From Planctomycetaceae bacterium (GTDB taxonomy: Bacteria > Planctomycetota > Planctomycetia > Planctomycetales > Planctomycetaceae): DNA of 64,000 bases. The notes below the pieces were generated by a model. The model worked only from the letters and a program-made list of their open reading frames with translations, was not told where the DNA came from and did no database searches. Shown here in pieces: positions 60,495-64,000 of this stretch. Made by a program: the position numbers and the translations under genes. The DNA is taken from the NCBI GenBank assembly GCA_046349715.1, contig JAXMBR010000013.1:13906-77905 (forward strand), in the 5' to 3' direction. The stretch's first letter is position 1; the number at the start of each line of letters is the position of its first letter.

Positions 60495-61536
60495 GATTTG
60501 ACTCACCTCCGTTGCGAGTCGACAGCGAGACCCAGATGTTTCCATCGGTGAAGGCGGTGTAATACCGGACTGACCCGTCCCCGAACAAGACGTTGCAGCC
60601 GGCGCCGTGCTCGCCCCACATTTCATCGGTGTGACCAAACGGGTTGTTCGGAGCGTGAATGATCACTTGAGGGTGGTCATGCGAGTCGGGGCCGCTGTGG
60701 CATCCGACCAGGTCGGTTGCCGCGTTGTTTTCGGATTGCCACGCGCGCAGGTCGAGCCGGGGGACCACGACGGCATTCGGCACCACGCCGACCCAGGTAT
60801 TGTTGCTGAGCAGTGAACTTCGCTCGCCGATGAAGATCGTGTTGGACAATCCATCGGTGACGTCGCGCACATGCGTATGAGAGTTTGGATAAAACGGCCC
60901 GTTAATGATCGCATCGGGTGCGCTCGGAACCGGCTCCGGGATGTCGAAGTTATAACAGTAGGCCGTGGTCCGTCCCCAAGGCTGATTGACTCCGGCATTG
61001 GTGACGTAGTGGCTATGTGCAAAAAAAATCTTGCTGCCGTCCGATCGGGTCATGTCGACGCCGTGGCGATTGTCGGCCCCTTCCTGCTGAATGTTGAAGC
61101 CTTCACTGCCTCCGGTGGCTGAAGGGCAGAGGAAGACGGAGACCTTTGTCGCGGCGGCCGGCGCATTGCCGGGAGACCAGACGGCGTCGTTGAAATTAAA
61201 CTGGTAGTAAAGATTGCTCTGCTCGATGAAGGGCAAAATGCACACGCCCCACCCAAACCCCGGAGCCCCCACCCGATAGTTGTCGCCAGAATTGATCCCG
61301 TACAGGGAGTCATTGAGGTAAGGGTTGAGGATGCACGACGGCGGAAACAAACCATGCGTCCCTTCGTAGTTGTAAAGCGCGAGCCCGATTTGCTTGAGGT
61401 TGTTTTTGCACTGCGCTAGACGAGCCGCCTCCCGCGCTTGCTGAACTGCGGGAAGTAACAGGCCAATCAAAACCGCAATAATTGCGATCACGACCAGCAA
61501 CTCGATCAGCGTAAAAGCCTTGCGGCTATTTTTCAT
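60484..61536 (-). CDS. DUF1559 protein with a type IV pilin-like N-terminal methylation motif
   Basis: MKNSRKAFTLIELLVVIAIIAVLIGLLLPAVQQAREAARLAQCKNNLKQIGLALYNYEGTHGLFPP. An alternative ATG is at 61560. Confidence 0.9.
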   Translation of the reverse strand: MKNSRKAFTLIELLVVIAIIAVLIGLLLPAVQQAREAARLAQCKNNLKQIGLALYNYEGTHGLFPPSCILNPYLNDSLYGINSGDNYRVGAPGFGWGVCILPFIEQSNLYYQFNFNDAVWSPGNAPAAATKVSVFLCPSATGGSEGFNIQQEGADNRHGVDMTRSDGSKIFFAHSHYVTNAGVNQPWGRTTAYCYNFDIPEPVPSAPDAIINGPFYPNSHTHVRDVTDGLSNTIFIGERSSLLSNNTWVGVVPNAVVVPRLDLRAWQSENNAATDLVGCHSGPDSHDHPQVIIHAPNNPFGHTDEMWGEHGAGCNVLFGDGSVRYYTAFTDGNIWVSLSTRNGGESNHGE

Positions 61537-62092
61537 CTTGGGACCCACTTGATTTGTCATGATAAAACAAATATTTTGAATAGACAAAATATTAGGCATC
61601 CAGCAACAAAGAGTCAACTCAATCACTGGCAAAAAATTGAGGAAAGGTAACTGACAGAACGCCGGTCTATGGCATTGGCGGCCGCGCACATCAGGTCGCT
61701 CGGCAGGCGATTCGGAAGATCAGGGTGACCATGTCTGATTTCTGACGGCCGACGCAAGTCATCTGATCACAATGACTTCAGAAGACGCATTTCTAGCGGG
61801 GAGGCGGGAAACGGCGCTGGAGGGAGCTTCCAGATCCGGCAGTCTCAAATTGTTCATCGAATCAGCATCGCCAGCGGCCGCCAAGCGGTGCTTAAGTCAG
61901 CGGCGCGGCTTGCCATTTTTCGCATTCCGTGAGATACTCCCTCAACTCGCGGTTTACGCCGTTTCCTCGAATCATGGTGTGCATGAAACCAGCAACGAGA
62001 GCGAGTCGGATCATAAAGCAGTTCGCAGTGTTTCTGATCATTGCCGATCAAGAGTTTGGGCAAAGAGCCCCCCTTTGATCGCAGCAATTTTG

Positions 62093-62179
62093 GGAGAGGT
62101 GACAGAGCGGCCGATTGTGCTGGTCTCGAAAACCAGTGTGGGGGAAACCTCACCGAGGGTTCGAATCCCTCCCTCTCCG
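62093..62179 (+). tRNA. tRNA-Ser (anticodon CGA), class II
   Basis: Acceptor GGAGAGG/CCTCTCC + G. Anticodon stem CTGGT/ACCAG with loop CTCGAAA. Long variable arm GTGGGG-GAAA-CCTCAC. T arm GAGGG-TTCGAAT-CCCTC. Confidence 0.9.
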
Positions 62180-62330
62180 CTCATGCGGCAAGATTTCTTT
62201 GTAAATTGTTGTCGCCATTTGTGTTGTGACTTGGCCATAATTCGAGGGTCCTCATTTTTGCTGAAAACTGTGCTACAGCACGCCGCACTGATTGCTTGCC
62301 TGCCTACATGGCGGGCATCATTCCTTTGAT

Positions 62331-63545
62331 TTAGTCGCTTGACTCACCATCTTTTCCGCCCCGTTGCTCGTCCTCCAGTCCAGCGGCATTCCCCAGCCGA
62401 TTATTGCCAGCGCCATTTGCTTCGTCGCGCAGTCGGTCAAGCTTTCCAATGTAAGCCTTAGGAAGCTCGCGGCTGACGTGCGTGTAAAGCTTCAAGGTTT
62501 CTTCGTCGACATGGCCAACGATGGAACGGACGACGGGTTCTGGCGTGTGGCCCGTCCTGAGCAGCTCGCTGACGAATGTGTGGCGAAATGTATGGAGATG
62601 CCCTCGCAAGTCGAGCTTAGTCAGAACGCGCTTCAGGCCCTGCAGCGCGCGGCGTTCAGAGATTTGACGGTCGGGAGCTGGGTGCTGCGCCGTCACCGGT
62701 GCCGTGAACACCCACTCGCTGGCGTGCGGCAGGCCAGCAAGTAAATTCTGGAGCCGAACGCTGAGGGGAATGATCCACTGGTCGCCGGTCTTTGGCTTCC
62801 AGCCTTTTTTCTCCCGGATGTGGACGACTTTTTCATCGAGGTCAACGTCATCCCAGGTGAGGAACTTCGCCTCGCCGACACGGCAACCGGTGTCGCGAAG
62901 AAATAGTAGAAACGGACGGTACGTTTCCGGCGCCGCCTCGACGATGACGTCGGCTTGATCCGGTTTCCAGCACGGTTGCGGTGTCGGTTTCGGCTTCTGC
63001 AGCTTGTATCCCTTGAGCGAATCGCGGTCGATTATCTGACGGCTGTAGGCATACAGGACGACTGACCGCAACAGAACCAGTTTATCGTTAATGGTCTCGG
63101 CAGAATTTTCGTTTTTCCGCAACCGGGCACGGAATGCATCGGCAAACTGCGGATCCAACTGGCTTGCGGCCACGACCCGTCGGTCCTGCGCGAGTTCGCG
63201 GATTTCCTCGATAATCGAACGATATTTTTTTAAGGTTTTTTTCGCCCGGTCTTCGCTTTGTTTGAACTCATAGAAGGCTTGAAGGGCTTCGTCAACAGTG
63301 GCGTTCTTGATTCGTTCAGCGACGACTCCATCAACTATATCGCGATCGATGCGAGACGCCTGAATCAGCGCTTCCTTCTTGCTCTTCGTCTTGAGGCTCC
63401 GTCGGATCTGACGCCCTTCGTGCTGGTAATTCACGTGCCATGTCCCGCCACGATTAAAGATCGATGTCTTATCTCCGACGGGGACGAACTTCTCTAAATT
63501 AGACTTGCTCACTGTCGTTGATCCCTTCATTGAAAACTTTGTCAA
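62331..63545 (-). CDS. Tyrosine recombinase / phage-type integrase, intact
   Basis: TGCRVGEAKFLTWDDV (catalytic Arg), LHTFRHTFVSELL (H-x-x-R) and LKLYTHV (Tyr). A SAM-like N-domain is present. The 3' end lies about 150 nt from the tRNA-Ser(CGA) 3' end. Confidence 0.9.
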   Translation of the reverse strand: MTKFSMKGSTTVSKSNLEKFVPVGDKTSIFNRGGTWHVNYQHEGRQIRRSLKTKSKKEALIQASRIDRDIVDGVVAERIKNATVDEALQAFYEFKQSEDRAKKTLKKYRSIIEEIRELAQDRRVVAASQLDPQFADAFRARLRKNENSAETINDKLVLLRSVVLYAYSRQIIDRDSLKGYKLQKPKPTPQPCWKPDQADVIVEAAPETYRPFLLFLRDTGCRVGEAKFLTWDDVDLDEKVVHIREKKGWKPKTGDQWIIPLSVRLQNLLAGLPHASEWVFTAPVTAQHPAPDRQISERRALQGLKRVLTKLDLRGHLHTFRHTFVSELLRTGHTPEPVVRSIVGHVDEETLKLYTHVSRELPKAYIGKLDRLRDEANGAGNNRLGNAAGLEDEQRGGKDGESSD

Positions 63546-63732
63546 TCAGGCGATGTCGCCAGAACAGGAGTCATTTCCCAACCCGGCGCGAACACCCTTT
63601 GAGCAGCCCACGCGACGACCAGTCGTAAATTGTGGATTTGGGTATCCATCCAGTTTCGACATCGGACCGATCCACCGATAGAAACGCCAATTCAACAGTA
63701 TCTATTGCAGCAAACTGAAGGGAGAAACGTTC

Positions 63733-63936
63733 ATGTGGGAATTTGTGGGCATCGCCGCACTCTTTGGGGGCGTGGGAATCGTCATGTCGATGATTGGTTG
63801 CAAACTGTTTGACTGGGTCGAGACCCGCATCGATTTCGCAGATGAAATCCGAAAGGGCAATCTGGCTGCCGCTGTGGTCATCGGAGCATTTTTGGGCGGG
63901 ATTTGCTTCATCATCGGCCGGGCGATTGGAAGTTAG
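63733..63936 (+). CDS. DUF350 small membrane protein
   Basis: MWEFVGIAALFGGVGIVMSMIG...FADEIRKGNLAAAVVIGAFLGGICFIIGRAIG. GAAGGGAG precedes the ATG. Confidence 0.8.
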   Translation: MWEFVGIAALFGGVGIVMSMIGCKLFDWVETRIDFADEIRKGNLAAAVVIGAFLGGICFIIGRAIGS

Positions 63937-63963
63937 ACGATTTCGGGGTTGACCTTGCCCCCC

Positions 63964-64000
63964 ATACCAAGTCCAGATGCTGGGTGATAAACTGCGGCAT
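63964..64000. repeat. 37-nt segment, 33/37 identical to 11661..11697 (second copy of the RHS-fragment upstream piece)
   Basis: ataccaagtccagatgctgggtgataaactgcggcat versus ataccgagtccaggtgctgagtgataaactgcggcac. Weaker similarity continues toward lower coordinates, to about 63937 and about 11630. On the minus strand both encode PQFITQHLD(L/S)V. Confidence 0.5.

Noticed and set aside
61772-62329. 185-aa plus-strand ORF and the minus-strand ORFs 61854..62153 and 62038..62238
   Set aside because: They overlap tRNA-Ser(CGA). Part of the translated text is the tRNA sequence itself (SPRVRIPPSP).

Overview
GC-rich (about 60-65% on sampled lines) chromosomal window. The gene content points to Planctomycetota: two PSCyt1/DUF1549/DUF1553 proteins, a DUF1559 prepilin-like protein, DUF1573, and a DUF4159-MoxR-DUF58-BatA-type operon. 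Intact housekeeping genes (ggt, purD, glyQS, comB-like, hisI, hisG, motAB, an MscK-like channel) alternate with accessory or degraded patches. (1) 1-6650 is a decayed integrative-element remnant beside tRNA-Ser(GCT), carrying a large serine recombinase, a Ycf46-like AAA+ ATPase, DUF2997 and DUF1257, all broken by frame changes. (2) 11.0-13.0 kb holds an RHS/YD-repeat fragment and a coding-poor spacer of patchy GC. (3) 43.1-43.9 kb holds a low-GC methyltransferase. (4) From 62.1 kb, tRNA-Ser(CGA) plus an intact tyrosine integrase mark the edge of an island that runs off the window. The most interesting loci are: an exosortase E/CPBP-protease fusion with a 59-codon VPEID-CTERM mini-substrate (17.1-19.0 kb); a PadR regulator paired with a 782-aa membrane protein of unusual architecture, separated by an inverted array of 22-nt palindromic-core repeats (53.6-56.8 kb); and a peptidase C13-like gene at the tail of the Bat-type operon. 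Frameshifts are strongly clustered (1-6.6 kb, 34.7-38.8 kb, 41.5-42.7 kb, one at about 20.77 kb), while neighbouring 2-3.6 kb ORFs are uninterrupted. This could be localized sequence error or recent inactivation, and I cannot tell which from sequence alone. I saw no rRNA, CRISPR array, cas gene or intact transposase. Family names come from motifs read by eye in the ORF translations, not from database searches.
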